A DNA stretch of 63,353 bases, counting the filler, from Intoshia linei (taxonomy: Eukaryota > Animalia > Orthonectida): NCBI GenBank assembly GCA_001642005.1. It is 10 parts of 10 records of this genome, joined end to end, with 100 filler letters (N's around TTAATTAATTAA, not from the genome) between each part and the next. Parts side by side here need not be neighbours in the genome. Positions count along the whole stretch, not along the records: positions 41,758 to 49,283 come from LWCA01001546.1; positions 49,384 to 52,495 come from LWCA01002139.1; positions 52,596 to 57,243 come from LWCA01001888.1; 7 more parts are not named here. The stretch is one strand, 5' to 3'. Shown here one piece after another: positions 42,198 to 55,096 of the stretch. Made by a program: the position numbers and the translations under genes. The notes under the pieces were generated by a model. The model had not been told where the DNA came from, made no database searches, and was given only the letters and a program-made list of their open reading frames with translations. Positions within the stretch are counted from its first letter, which is position 1; each line of letters begins with the position of its first letter.

Positions 42198-45100
42198 ATA
42201 ATCCATATTTTTTTAATGTTTTTAAACAGTTAATTTAGTGATATATATATAGCAAGGATTGATGCACAACTTAAAGGTACTTTACTATATTGGGTTTATT
42301 TACCAGTATTGACACAATTTTCATAGTGTATTGATGTGTAAAAAATTATTTAATTGTAAAAAAAATGTATTGGATGTCATGGAAAAATTTTTGGATTTAA
42401 AGAATGTCATCGCGTCGAAAAGGTTGGGAAACTTGATATACGCATCACTGTAATATAGAATTAACCATTACACATTACAAAATTTCACGCAAAAATGATT
42501 ATATATTTTGTTTAGTCTAAAATTTAGAAAAGTAAAATCTTTTATTATATTTTTTTCAATTTATATACATTGTACACTAGGACAATCATTCTCAACTGTG
42601 GACCACTAGTGGTCATAAAAATTATTCACAAAAATGTTAAATGGGTTTATGTCACATAAAAAATTGAGAAGCAGTTTAATTTAATTGTGTACATTAATAT
42701 GTAAACGCAATTTTTATCCTTAAATTCTCATTTTGAAAACATTGTTTTAAAATTTATATTAAAACTACAACAATAAATTACTAAAAGGTATAAAACTTGG
42801 TTATTGTCATTTTTATATTTATTACTATGCTTTGCAATATTACACTAAATACACTAAAACCGACATAGATTTGACTTCGACTACCAAAAACAGAAATGCT
42901 TCAAACTGGGAAGCAAATATTAACATGATGAATGAATGTTCAAATATTTTGAATTGCATTATAATGCAATGGTATACTTATACAATTATGTTTTAGCAAT
43001 TAGTAAATTATTTTCATAAAAATTAATTGGGATATTTATTAGATAGACATGGGTTGTCAAATGAATAAAATTAATTTAACGGTTAGAACTGATTTTATTA
43101 AACGTTACTAAAATAATCATTAAAGTGATAAACTGTATCAGTTCACACACTTTTTCACCACGGACCGGTAAAATTATTTCTAGGACAGGCTTTTAGAAAT
43201 GTCTGCACTATATTAAACAATACTCAAAATTATGTAAATCGGACTTATTATTGTTAACCATTATACAATATTCTCAAAATGGAACATGATTTTACTTTAT
43301 TTTTAATATTATACACACATTCTGTCTAATAAATTAAAAAGTTTTAACTTTATTTTTAATATTATACACACATTCTGTCTAATAAATTAAAAAAATGGGA
43401 TAATAATTGTTTATAAAATTATTTACACAAATTAAGATGGAATAATTTACTTTAAAATAAAAAAGTAATGTAATATGACGGTTCCACCTGAATCAAGTTT
43501 GGGAACCATTCCTTTAAAGAATTTATAATAGTGAATAGTAAGATTTTTAAGTTAGATTTTCAACGTGAATTTAGTTTTTGGTAAAATAAAAATGTTACCT
43601 CGGCAGAGTTAGGTGCTGTTTGTACGTAGTACATACCAGTTAATCTAGTATATAATATTATAATTATTTACGAATTATATAATTTATTTATATTTGTTTG
43701 TCAATTTTTAGTAGTAAATAATATTTTGATAAATTCTAAAAGTTAAAAATTGTTAATAAAATTATTATAATCATTCATCCACCCCCTTAAGAACCTTTCA
43801 TTATGGCTAGGATGAAACCGATTTATATATACAATGTATATTAGGGTGTTTCAAAAAGAAAAACATCATAGGTTCTAATGGTTCACAAATGTAGAACTTG
43901 GCCCCACCAGGGAGCTTACAGAGTCTGAGAGGACAGCAGATTTAAGAAAAATTTTTAAATTAAATTAGAACGTTAACATTCTATAAATATTAATATTCTA
44001 TTAATTATTTTGTATTATAATAAATTTAAATGCTATTATTAAATGTTACAACCTAGTAACTAGGGTGTACACTTTTTTTATTAAAAAGACATTTTGTGCG
44101 TGGATGGTTTTTTTGAAGTTAAGCATTTACCCCAAAAAAAATTGAAATTCATTAATATTTACATAAAAGTGATAGTACTTATTAAATCATTTTATCTAAT
44201 GGAGAGGTAGCCAAATTATGGCCGTCGAATCAATTAAAAGTGGCCCGCAATGTTTACCTAACAAAATGCAATAAATGTTTGACATTTCCGACACGTATTA
44301 CTTAACCACACGCCCAAATTTTATTTTGGCTATTGAATTTGATTGTTAACAATATCTCAACATTTCATTTAGATAATTTAATGTTTAGTTTTGCACATTA
44401 GATAAAATTTCCTACCTTTACTCTTTTTGAATAACATAATTGTATATTTTTAATTAGATTAAACTGATGACATAGATTAATTACTTAGTCCAACAAAATA
44501 ACAACTTTTTTGTATGCAAGAGTAAATTTTAATGCACATGATAAGGATTTTTATGTTGAACAAGATGGTATATTCAGTTTTTCTGCATCACGTTCAGGTT
44601 TTTTTCAAAATATGCCTAAAGTTTGAAAAAATGAATAAATTAGGCATATTTTAAGGTCAATAGAAAATAATGATAATAAAAATGTTAAAGTAGATATGTG
44701 GAGTATATGATTGGAAAGGAAAAATATTTGCATTACACATAACGAAGTTATTAACAGAATTGAACACTATTGAACAAAATGAAGCAGAATATACAAAAAA
44801 TATAATTATAATCAGGGATTGGAAATAATTGATTCCAATCAATTAATTGGTTTTTTCATATATCTGATAAAATATAAATTGAATCCTTTTATTGAATGGT
44901 TGAATCAATGTAGTTCAAAAATTAAATCATTGGATGAAAATGTTCAAACTAAGTCATCTCGTTGTGACTGAGATTAACTTAATACAACTCGAATAACTGT
45001 TGATAACTCTGTCACTTCTTTGGCAACTAAGATTTATTTTTCAAAACTTGATAATTTAATATATTTTGTTAATGTAACGCTCTTGCTATATGACAATGTC

Positions 45101-45899
45101 GTAACGACATTAAATTTTAATATACTGTAATGTAAAAAAATAATTTACCATTGCAAATTTAATCTTTAAAAAACTTAGTTGTTGTTAGGTATGGTACACA
45201 ACATATTACATTATAACAATTAAATTTTAGTGGTAAATTTATTGCATATTTATTACTACTGTACAATCGCGTCCAAAAATAAATTTTATAAAGTACTTTT
45301 AAGTATATTAGGAAAATTGTATAAAACAGCCATTATTAAAGGGGTCCACAGCACTTTTTTGGGGGTCCATAAAAATTATATACAATTATTACATATTAAA
45401 TATTTTCAGTAACATAAAGTCGTTTTTAAAACAAACGCTTACAAATACTAATATAAAACGTGAAAATCATGTAAAAGTAAATTCTTTGGCATTAAATTAC
45501 TTACAAGTGTAAAAACTTATTGGGAAACCTCCATTGTTCTATTTTAGGAGCAGCGTTTTTATTTAATTATTTTATTAAAATTTATGACCGAGCCAAGTTT
45601 CTAGTCATAAAAAAAAACTTTAAATTTCAAATTGAAAATGAAACAAAAAATCAGTCAATATTCATGATTCTATAAAACATCAATCAAGGGATATAAAATA
45701 TTAATTCTTCACAGGGAAGATAAATAATATAGACTTTTTATTGATCTGATAAAATATGTAGTACAGAGCCGTTTTAAGGCATGGGCATTATGGGCTGTAG
45801 CCCAGGGCCCATTATTAATTTTTTTGGGGGTCCACAGGTTTTTTTGGTAATATCATCTTAGGAGTCCACAGCGAAAAAGGTTTGAGAATGCCTGGTATA

Positions 45900-47730
45900 A
45901 AACACACTATAGTACAGGCATTTCCAACCTTATTGACGAAGTTTGGTATATAATTTTGAAGATAAGCAAACATTCCCAGTATTAGACGAAGTTGTTTGAT
46001 TGTTGTCGGCGTTAGAATGGTCTTGATTGCTTCTGTTTTATCAAGGTCTGCCTTTATTCCTTCAGAGGTTACATAGCCCAAAAATTTTACAGATTTAGCG
46101 CCTATTATACATTTTTTTGGGTTTAGTTTTAATCCTGCTTTTGATATGGCATCCAATGTTGTTTTTAAAATATTTTTGTGATTATGTTCTTTTGTTGCAA
46201 TGATTATATCGTCTAAATAAATATGCACATTTGGTATGTGTCCCAACACTTGGTCCATTAATCGTTGGCAGGTTGAGGGGCGTTTTTTAGACCTTGTGGC
46301 ATTACCAGGTATTGATAGAGTTTAGCCCCAAATCCTGTTCTAAAAGCTGTTTTAAACCTATCACTTCTGTTTAAAGGTATTTGCCAGTATCGTGACTGGA
46401 GGTCCAATGTGGAAAAACATGTTTGTTCACTCAATGAATTTAAAATATTCTCAACGTTTGTGTGGGGATAACTATCACTGTGGGTTATTTTGTTTATTTC
46501 TCTAAAATTTCACAATAGGCGATATGAGCCATCTTTCTTCTTTTTGAGAAAATAAGGTACGCGGCAAGTGCTTTTAGATAGTTCTATCTGTTTTTCGTTA
46601 TCATATTTTGTATTATCTCATGTTCAAATCGTTGCATATGCTTGGGAGTTGCATAATTTTTTGCCACTGGATATTTTGCACCTTTTATGAAGGGTATCTC
46701 GTGATAAATTAAATTTGTTAATCCGGATTTGATATCGAATGCGTCAGAATTTTGAATAATTGTTTTGTATTTTTCATTTATATTGTTAGGTATTAATATG
46801 CTATTTACTAATAATAAATTTTCTGTGTTTCGGGTTATCATAAATTCAAAGGATAATTGTTTGTTTATCCTGAATTTCACTTTTCCGATTACAGGCAAAC
46901 GTTGATTGTTCACCGCCAACAAGGTTTCGTTAGTATTTTGAATCTGGGAAGTAACGCTTAATTTTTCCAATGTCTCTAAATTTAGACAATTAACTTGTGA
47001 GCCAGTATCAATAATAAAATTAACTTTTATCTTAGAACTTTTTGTTGACAGCTTCACATTTTCACACAGGTTTCCATTTTCGACCAAACGTACTTTCTTG
47101 TTGTAGTAATTGTTGTTTTGGAAGGGTTTTTGTGTATTATTGTTTAAATTTTTATAGGTTTTCATGATACTTATCAATTGTACTGGTTGGTATCTTGTAT
47201 AACACAATTTTAAATCTGTGGGTATTTCTATTCGGCAACCCCGCATCAGTAAATCCATATACATATTTTTTTCTTCAGATTTTGTGAATTGACATTTCAT
47301 TAATTGTTTTTTCAATCGAATCGAGTAAACGTCTAAATTTTCATTTTCCTTTCGATGTATTTTAAATAATTCAGATCTTTCGATGTATCGAATTGATAGA
47401 GTGGTTTCTCAGTTTCAAACAGTTAATTACTTCCGTATATTTCCCTAGGTTTTCTGATGGTAAATTTAACATCAGGTATTTGAAATCATCGTCTGATATT
47501 ACCTTCATGAGATGCGGTAGTCTTTCTTCATCACTTTTAAATAGTTATTTCAATCTGATTGACATTAGTTCGATGTCATTGTGACTTATTAATTTTCGAT
47601 GTTTATTGGTTTTGTCTCCATTTTCAAGAGATTATATTAGTAGTGTGTATCGTTAATATAATTTAATTAGTTCGACAAAATAATATCTTGTATATTTAGG
47701 ATATTTCAATAACTGGTGTTGCCAGAATTC
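45900..47730 (-). mobile_element. Degraded Ty3/gypsy LTR retrotransposon (gag remnant, protease, RT), 3'-truncated
   Basis: Protease FIIDTGSQVNCL; RT motifs FSTLDLQSRYWQIPL..KTAF, VMPQGLK, IYLDDIII, LKLNPKKC and VKFLGYV. Contains stops and frameshifts. Possible PBS TGGCAACACCAG at ~47713-47724. Confidence 0.92.
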
Positions 47731-48779
47731 TATAAGTTTATTGTTAGGTATAGTAATGGATAAATTTACGTTACGCATTTACAAATTATTTTTGTTTGAA
47801 CAATTTTGGTCAATTTATAGTAAAATGAATTTGAGACCCAATTTAACTGTCCTGTTTTAAGGTGTTCATTAGGGCCTAGTAATTTGTAAAATTAACCAAA
47901 AATATCCTTTATACATCTGTTTTATAATTGTATTTTTTAAACGGGTCGGTGACATAAACATTGAAAATTTGTTTTTGTTTTTAAAATTTAACTTAGCTGT
48001 ATTATGAACTTGACAAACCATAATTTTATTTGTTATTTCCAATTATATTCATCTCAGTTGTTACTTAAAGAGATGAAATCTTCAGCCCTCAGCCGAGTTA
48101 TCCACTTTTGTATGAATTACAAAACAATAAATCCAACTATATATTAGGGTGGTTCACTATATCACCAAATAAAAACTATTTTTAAGTATAAGCCCCATTT
48201 CACTTAGAAATCAGTTGTAGCATAATTTTTTTTAAATTTTGAACATTTTGCCCTGCCGCGATATTAATTTTTAAATATTATTACAGTCAAACCTGTTCAA
48301 TGTGAATCCTGTTCAATATGAATACATCTTAATTTGAACAAACTTAATAAATATTGATTTTTTTGTATTAAAACATTATGAAAAGTGATTTGTTTAATAT
48401 GAATCTTTTCATTTTATACACTGAACATGAGTTTATGTAAAATAAAACTATTTTGATTTATTTTGGGCGTTATTATATTTATATCAAATTTATCTTATTA
48501 TACGTCCAGGAAAAAAATGTAATTGAAATGTGAACTTTATAAAATTCTAACACGGGTAGTTATTTAAATAAAGCATAACACACACACAGACACACACAAA
48601 CAAAAATTGCGTAGCATATTATATAAGTTATAATAATTATAATTTAGATTTGGAATTAAAAAAACTTCCTATGTCGTAATCTTTTGAATAAATAAGGAAA
48701 TTAGTAATATATTATCATAATACACGTAATTAAATATCATAATAATAATGAATAATTATATTTGACATTGGCTTGACTA

Positions 48780-49283
48780 TTATGTAATTCGTACAAACAA
48801 TCTTCGTCTTAAAATTTTATAAACTCTTCTATAATATAATTCTTTTTTAATCTCTTCTATAATACTATTTTCTACAACTTTGCCAATGGCATCAATTAAA
48901 TGATTTTGCACATAATTAGACAGTCCCGAAAATACAGATGAATTGTTTAAATGTTCCTGTAATTTGATATCAAATTTTGCGGTATATTTGATTAATTCAA
49001 CGTAATTACCGCGATTTAATGAATTCTTATTTTCATTACTTCCACGAAAAGCCAGTTCTTGTTTTACTAGAAAACAAGTAGAAGCTATCAATTTTTTCAA
49101 TATTTCTCGATTTTCTCTGACCTTAGTATTGTAGATATCAATTGAAATTTTTTTGTGTTTATCTAGCATTAGCTCAATTCGAGTAGAACCAAACGTTTTT
49201 ATCGATATTTGATTTTGATAATGAATGTTGGATCTTTCGTGCTTGGATATTGCCTTAGCTATATTTTTCATGTCACAGTATCC
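48780..49283 (-). mobile_element. hAT transposase fragment (ZMYM1-like, DUF4371)
   Basis: Motifs KHERSNIH, FLVKQELAFRG..E...SLNRGNYVELI and SNYVQNHLI. Confidence 0.9.
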
Positions 49284-49383
49284 NNNNNNNNNNNNNNNNN
49301 NNNNNNNNNNNNNNNNNNNNNNNNNNNTTAATTAATTAANNNNNNNNNNNNNNNNNNNNNNNNNNNNNNNNNNNNNNNNNNNN

Positions 49384-49611
49384 GATTATGCTGACCAAAG
49401 TAATCGCGAAGTGATCGAAATGCTTTTTTATTTGAACATCCATTTTCGTAATAGGCTTCAATAATTTTAACACGTTTTTCGATTGTTAATAATTACATGG
49501 TGAAATGGTCAAATATTTAAATTGTTAAATCTGAAAAGAGATGTTAAAACTTATTTAAAATATAAGCCTAATAAGCATTTAACACCGTTCCAAGCTATTG
49601 GAACACCCTTT
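49384..49611 (-). mobile_element. Tc1/mariner (rosa/DD41D-like) transposon 5' end
   Basis: TIR-like AAAGGGTGTTCCAAT. From the ATG at 49498 it reads M*LLTIEKRVKIIEAYYENGCSNKKAFRSLRDYFGQHN. Confidence 0.75.
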
Positions 49612-50026
49612 GCTAATCAATATGAACTAAACTTATCTCTTTATTATAAATTGTATAGCATTAATAATTTATAAGAGTAACAGTCTCTCCATATTGGTTA
49701 ATGTTTGATGACCTGTATCTTGGAAAATAGATATAATTGACTACTAATACTTTCACAGTTGTTTATGGAATTCTTTGGTTATCCTAGTGATATCATTTTT
49801 GTCTTGCTATATTTTTGAGTGTTGACTAGTGTAATTTATTGAATACATCACCAGCCATCAATGCCCTATTTGATGTGTAGTAACCAATAGTCCTAGAATA
49901 TTAGTACAGTGATATAGGAAGGAACACCTAGTAAACCCTTTATGAACTGAAATTGTTAGTTAGCCATAAGTAATAAGTCTTTGATCGGTAGTCAAAGATA
50001 GCACCATAATAATCAAAAAGATACAA

Positions 50027-50617
50027 CTACTTATATTTGATGTTACCAGACAACATCAAACCTAAAGCCATCATGATCGTCAATACCCTAGTACTGCGCA
50101 ACCTTGTTCTAAAGTAAGTATGTATGATAATAGCGACAATAGCATAGATAGCTGATCCGTGTAATTGTAAAACAACACCCAAAGTTATCACCAAAGCTAT
50201 AACAAATCTTTTGTCTTTCGGACAGTCAATAACAACCGTCACAAAAACAGACGAACTAATGACCTTTAGCACATTAGTTTTAACCCACAATGAAAATTAA
50301 TCAGTCCTGTCCTTTACAAGATCGTAAATGATACCAGTTGCACTCGTGTGCGTTGCGAACAAAAATATTGCTATTGCCAAAGTTAATAACACTAAAGGTT
50401 CACTCAATGCATTCGTGAAAGAATATTGTAAATTAGCTTAAGTTCTTGAAACTATCACGTCTACACTCTTACTCTCTCGTTGTTTAGTAACTTTACGACG
50501 AACGGGTTCGACTCTATTCTGAATCGTTTGTCTGTCAGAAACATTACCAAAATATTCCTTATTACCAGATCCACCATTATTAATCTTATTTTTATCAAAA
50601 TTTCGATAGCGCGCCAT
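50027..50617 (-). pseudogene. Endogenous viral element: SP24-family virion membrane protein (negevirus ORF3 / cilevirus p24-like)
   Basis: A single 197-codon frame from the ATG at 50617, with two in-frame TAA (50438-50440, 50297-50299). Basic N-terminus (VRRKVTKQRESK), then ALSEPLVLLTLAIAIFLFATH..IIYDL..F.LWVKTNVLKVI...VFVTVVID..KDKRFVIALVI...IHTYFRTR..STRVL. The pattern closely parallels cilevirus p24 as recalled. Confidence 0.8.
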
Positions 50618-50652
50618 TTCTAAAATTATTGAAAATATATTACAATAATTAT

Positions 50653-51193
50653 TTAACTCTGATAAAAGAACAATAGATAAGTCAGTATAGACAGAAATAC
50701 AGCGACAATATAAGATTCAAAACACATGAAGGAGTATAATGCTGTAATTATAATTGTCACAGTATCTGCACGTAACAATAACGGCAGTAATACTTTGAGT
50801 AATTTATCTGTGAGGCTTAAAATTTCCATTATCAACATATTAACCATACTCACAAACATTTTCACTAAAAGTTCTATAAAATTTCGTCTAACAAAACCTG
50901 CATATGAAAAATATTCAGTGTGCAAATTGATGCATTTTTCATCACGCACAAAAACTAGAGAATAATAATCCATATTATAATCACTACATGTCACAAAGAT
51001 TCGGTGATATATGATTAATTAGGTGTAAACATCTGTAATTGTAGACAGCGTACATCTGTGTCAAATGATTTTTCATAGCATTGCTAGGTAGATAAATAGC
51101 AGCAGTGTATCTGTAAGTGCACAAGTCACTTGGTCTAAACCAATCAATGCAATACGTGTCGATTAAAAATTCATGAGAAGTAGATCTAGTCAC
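50653..51193 (-). pseudogene. Endogenous viral element: probable C-terminal part of a nege/kita-like glycoprotein (frameshifted)
   Basis: Two overlapping frames (51193-50984 and 50994-50653): a Cys/Tyr-rich ectodomain-like part, then an amphipathic segment and C-terminal TM helices. It stops 35 nt upstream of the SP24 ATG, matching the negevirus ORF2-ORF3 order. Confidence 0.55.
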
Positions 51194-51249
51194 AGGATTA
51201 TTGGGTGGTTATTGTGTTTATATAATATAAAAAACTAAAAATATTTTAA

Positions 51250-52490
51250 TTTACCTCTCAATCATTTTTTTGTCATTATTTATTGCATGCTTAGCTGAAG
51301 TTGCATCAAGTCAAAATATCAAGTATCCATAAATAACGAAGACTGAAATTTTTGACTTTTTCAGTATTCACAAGTTTTAGAATGAAAGCTTTCATAATAT
51401 ATAGTATCCTGCCCATCCATCTTGCTTTAGAAACCGATCCTGGTTTATTTAATTTTACTTTTGTACCATTTACGATAGCCAACGCCAATTCACATTTTGC
51501 GTAATCACCTCGACTATGATTTAAACCATCCTTAAGTTTTAGTATTGTGCATGTCATGTTGATGTCATTAAATGTGTTAATATTTGGAGCAATTTTAGGT
51601 TTATAATATATATTATTATGGTCGATGTAGTATTCTTGAACCTTTTTGACTTTATCCACTGTAATGTCAGGAGATGTGGTGTCGCCAAACAATGCTTAAA
51701 ACCATGCGTCAATATTAATGATGACGACACGGCAAATTGAGTATATCATGTAACAAATTGGTCAAAATTTTGACACTACCTATGTTTTTAGAAGTATTTG
51801 AAGGGGTGGTATCATACCAACAGCCGATTACTTTCGACGTCAATTTGTAATCGTTAAGGAGATTATAAACAGTATTTGCTGTAGTGATACTTTTTCCTCC
51901 ACATTGCTCAGGAACTCCTAATATATATTCTTTACAGGTATATACATCAATAATTACAACAGCTATCCGCTCGTACCTTTTTCGAAATGATTTACCATCA
52001 TAATATACAATACATTGTTGGATAGGATATATTTAAAAGTGAACTGGCACCGCTTAATGACACACCGCATTTATCAATTTTGTCTGTTCTTCTTCAATGA
52101 TATCTTCACTTTCGCTAAGACAGTACGAGTATTCAATTTTACTATATTCTCTTACCATTTGTTTAATTTTTTTCTTGTTAGTATATTCTTGCTTGACAGT
52201 TTTTAAATATTTTATTTAAAGATGAAGATGATTTTGTAATTGAATATTTGTCATTACACCAGATGAATTTTTCTTTTGCATTTTAAAAAATTCTAGGTCT
52301 TCTTTAAATGTGATACTCTGATCATCTTTGTAAAATTTGAACAAAATTTTAATTTTACTTTTAAATAAACAAAATCTGCTAGAATTGATTCGCCTGTTTG
52401 CATTCTTGTAGTTATTCCATAATTCTTTTAACTTACTTTCTATTCTATCGACCAATACAAAATTTAAGCCAGACATTATACCAATTTTTT
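51250..52490 (-). mobile_element. Degraded hAT-superfamily (hATm-like) transposase
   Basis: Motifs YDTTPSNTS (~51795-51820), LPCRHH (~51718-51736), RGDY and PGSVSKARWMGRILYIMK. Contains stops and frameshifts. Confidence 0.7.
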
Positions 52491-52934
52491 CAATTNNNNN
52501 NNNNNNNNNNNNNNNNNNNNNNNNNNNNNNNNNNNNNNNTTAATTAATTAANNNNNNNNNNNNNNNNNNNNNNNNNNNNNNNNNNNNNNNNNNNNTGTCA
52601 TATATTAGTTACTGTAAGCGATATATTGTTTAAAACTTTAGAGGCGATGCCCCAGGGTTATTTTTAACAGTTGTGAGGTAAGATTAAATGCAAATTAAAT
52701 ATTTTCAACAATCCAAATGCTAATATGGTGGAAGGGTGCACTTTTGATATAAAAATTCGTTTATACCCCTAACGTAGGTAATAATAAGAAAATTATAATA
52801 TTAATTAGAAAATAAGTTTATTTTAAAAATAAATCGTTCCAAAATGGGCGATATCACCCAGGTCAGAATCCTTGGTCAAAGGCGTTGCTAACTGTAAATT
52901 AAAGTTTATTTATAAAGATTGACAGTATTAAAAT

Positions 52935-53333
52935 TTAATCTACATACAAGAAAAAAATGGTAGTATAAATGATGTATTTTTTCAGACTGATGGTGTGATT
53001 AATAAAAGTATCGACAGCATCATTCCAAATAAACCCATAAAAATTACAGCAATCTGATTGAATAGACTTGTCAACAATACTAATACTGTTAATCATTTTA
53101 TATCGATTAGGTAAATAAACTTTCATTTTAATATTGATATTCTTGAGTAACAATTTTACAAAAGAAATGACATTATCTGTATTTATTTCCTGGCATATTG
53201 ATTCAATGCAATTTTTTAAAATTTTTCTCATTAAAAGTAATGGCAGCGTTTTTGATTTTTCTGGTTCCATCATATACGTATTTTGTAAACGAATAATCCT
53301 ATCACTTTTACGAGCAAGGGAATTCCGTGCCAT
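52935..53333 (-). CDS. Tctex-1 domain dynein light chain (TCTEX1D/DYNLT4-5-like)
   Basis: Motifs LQNTYMMEP, LPNRYKMI, IWNDAVDTF and C-terminal FFLYVD. Intronless, 132 aa. Confidence 0.85.
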   Translation of the reverse strand: MARNSLARKSDRIIRLQNTYMMEPEKSKTLPLLLMRKILKNCIESICQEINTDNVISFVKLLLKNINIKMKVYLPNRYKMINSISIVDKSIQSDCCNFYGFIWNDAVDTFINHTISLKKYIIYTTIFFLYVD

Positions 53334-55096
53334 GGAATTTCGATAAAACTAAAATATTATAACAAATGATAGCATTGGTTAATGTTATTGGAATTTTGAT
53401 TTTGCAGGTCTGCGGGAAAAATTTAATAGTTAATTAAAATGAAAAAAATAAAATAATTATAATTATTTGATAATATTTTGGTAATATTTATTAGTAATTA
53501 TATTTCAAGTGGTACGCGTAAAATCTCATGTATCGTAATAACGTATAATCGCTGTATCGTGATAAAAAAATTTTCAAACCCCCTGGATGAGATTTTTATA
53601 ATAAAATTAAAGTACCAATCTTGACATTCTTCTCATTGTGTTTTAAAAATTAAATATTGCAAAAGTTAGAATTAATTCAGCCAAATAATGTCATTCTTTC
53701 TACAATAGTTTGATCTATATTCATACATTTATTTATCTAATCATTTATACGAGAAAGTCATTTTCAGTATTGATCAGTTTTATATATAATGTCGGTAGGC
53801 TACCCATGCTAGACTCAATTCCATTTATCTCTAATTGTTAATGTCTGTCTAATTGTTATACTGACGATTATTAATTTTATTTACCACCAATTTCACTTTT
53901 TGTTGATTATGTAATTTGAAGCCGATTATAATATATATAAAAATCAATGTTTTGGAAAATAACTAATTAGTTAAAATTCTCTAATTAAATTTTAATTGGT
54001 TGCAGTTATTTTATATTTATGTAATCTCAACCACAAAATATTCTTAGTTTTATTCTACAAAGTTATAGTTTTGTTTGAATCGTATTGAGCTTTTATTAAT
54101 GCCACAACAAGATATTCTATCTCACTTTGATTCCGGATCTATTTTATACGTACACTAGGGTGTCAACTTTTTTTTTAAATTAAAACGTGTAGCAAAAATA
54201 TCAATTAAAATTATTTCATTTAAAGAATGCCGTTTAAATTGTATAGAAATAATTAATATTGAATTCGCGGTGCACGTTTAAAATATCACTGTAAAAATAT
54301 TATGGAGAAATTAAAACTGAACTTCATTTTAACGGAAATTGGCGTTTGAACTTTTAAACTTTGGTACCGACTTTATAATATTTTTCTCCATGTTTAGTTA
54401 TACAGTTTAATTTTTTAAATTGTTTTTAGCTCAATTTTTTGGATTTGTGCTAAATTATATGCAATGCAATGATAAAAAAAGGGTGTCAACTTTTTTTGTT
54501 TTTTTGTTTTCGTTTTTGATAAAAGTGTAAATTTAAATTGAATTAAAATATTTTTTAGGCATATAGCCGTAAAAAAATTATAAAAATAATCATAAACGAA
54601 TTCGCGGTGCACATTTTAATATTTACAATTCAACAAAGTTTTATTTTACACTAAATTATTTTTTAATTATTCTAAAATGTCTCAAAGAAATAAAAATTTT
54701 ATCATTAAAAATTATATTTCATTTAATTTCAATGATAGGAAAATACCTACAGTAAAAAATGTGTTATCGAGGTTATTATTGTTAAAAGAAATGGAACGCT
54801 ATCATCAAGATTGTTAAAGTTAAAGGAAGCCCTTATGAGAGTTCAACCTACGTCAACAAAAAATAAAAAAAATTTTCTATTGTTTCTAATTTCGTTACAA
54901 AACGTAAAACGCGTTTAAAAGACGAATCTATCAATATTATGTGTGTTTTGAAACACTTTTTCAACAATCTAAAATATATAATTTTTTTTCTAATGAAATT
55001 TGTCAATTTCAATCTAGATTCGTGTTATTTCATTAATTAAATTTCTTTTTGTTACTAAAATTAATTAAGGTCTCTAAAATTTTTAAATGTTCTATA

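Noticed and set aside
44400-45100. Coding-like decayed sequence on the plus strand
   Set aside because: Multiple stops and no motif I can recognise, so no call can be supported.
50297-50440. In-frame TAA codons in SP24 (and at 41280) as evidence for stop-codon reassignment or readthrough
   Set aside because: Host genes here terminate normally at TAA (PAQR, Tctex-1) and have no internal stops. Neighbouring elements also have frameshifts, so neutral decay is the simpler explanation.
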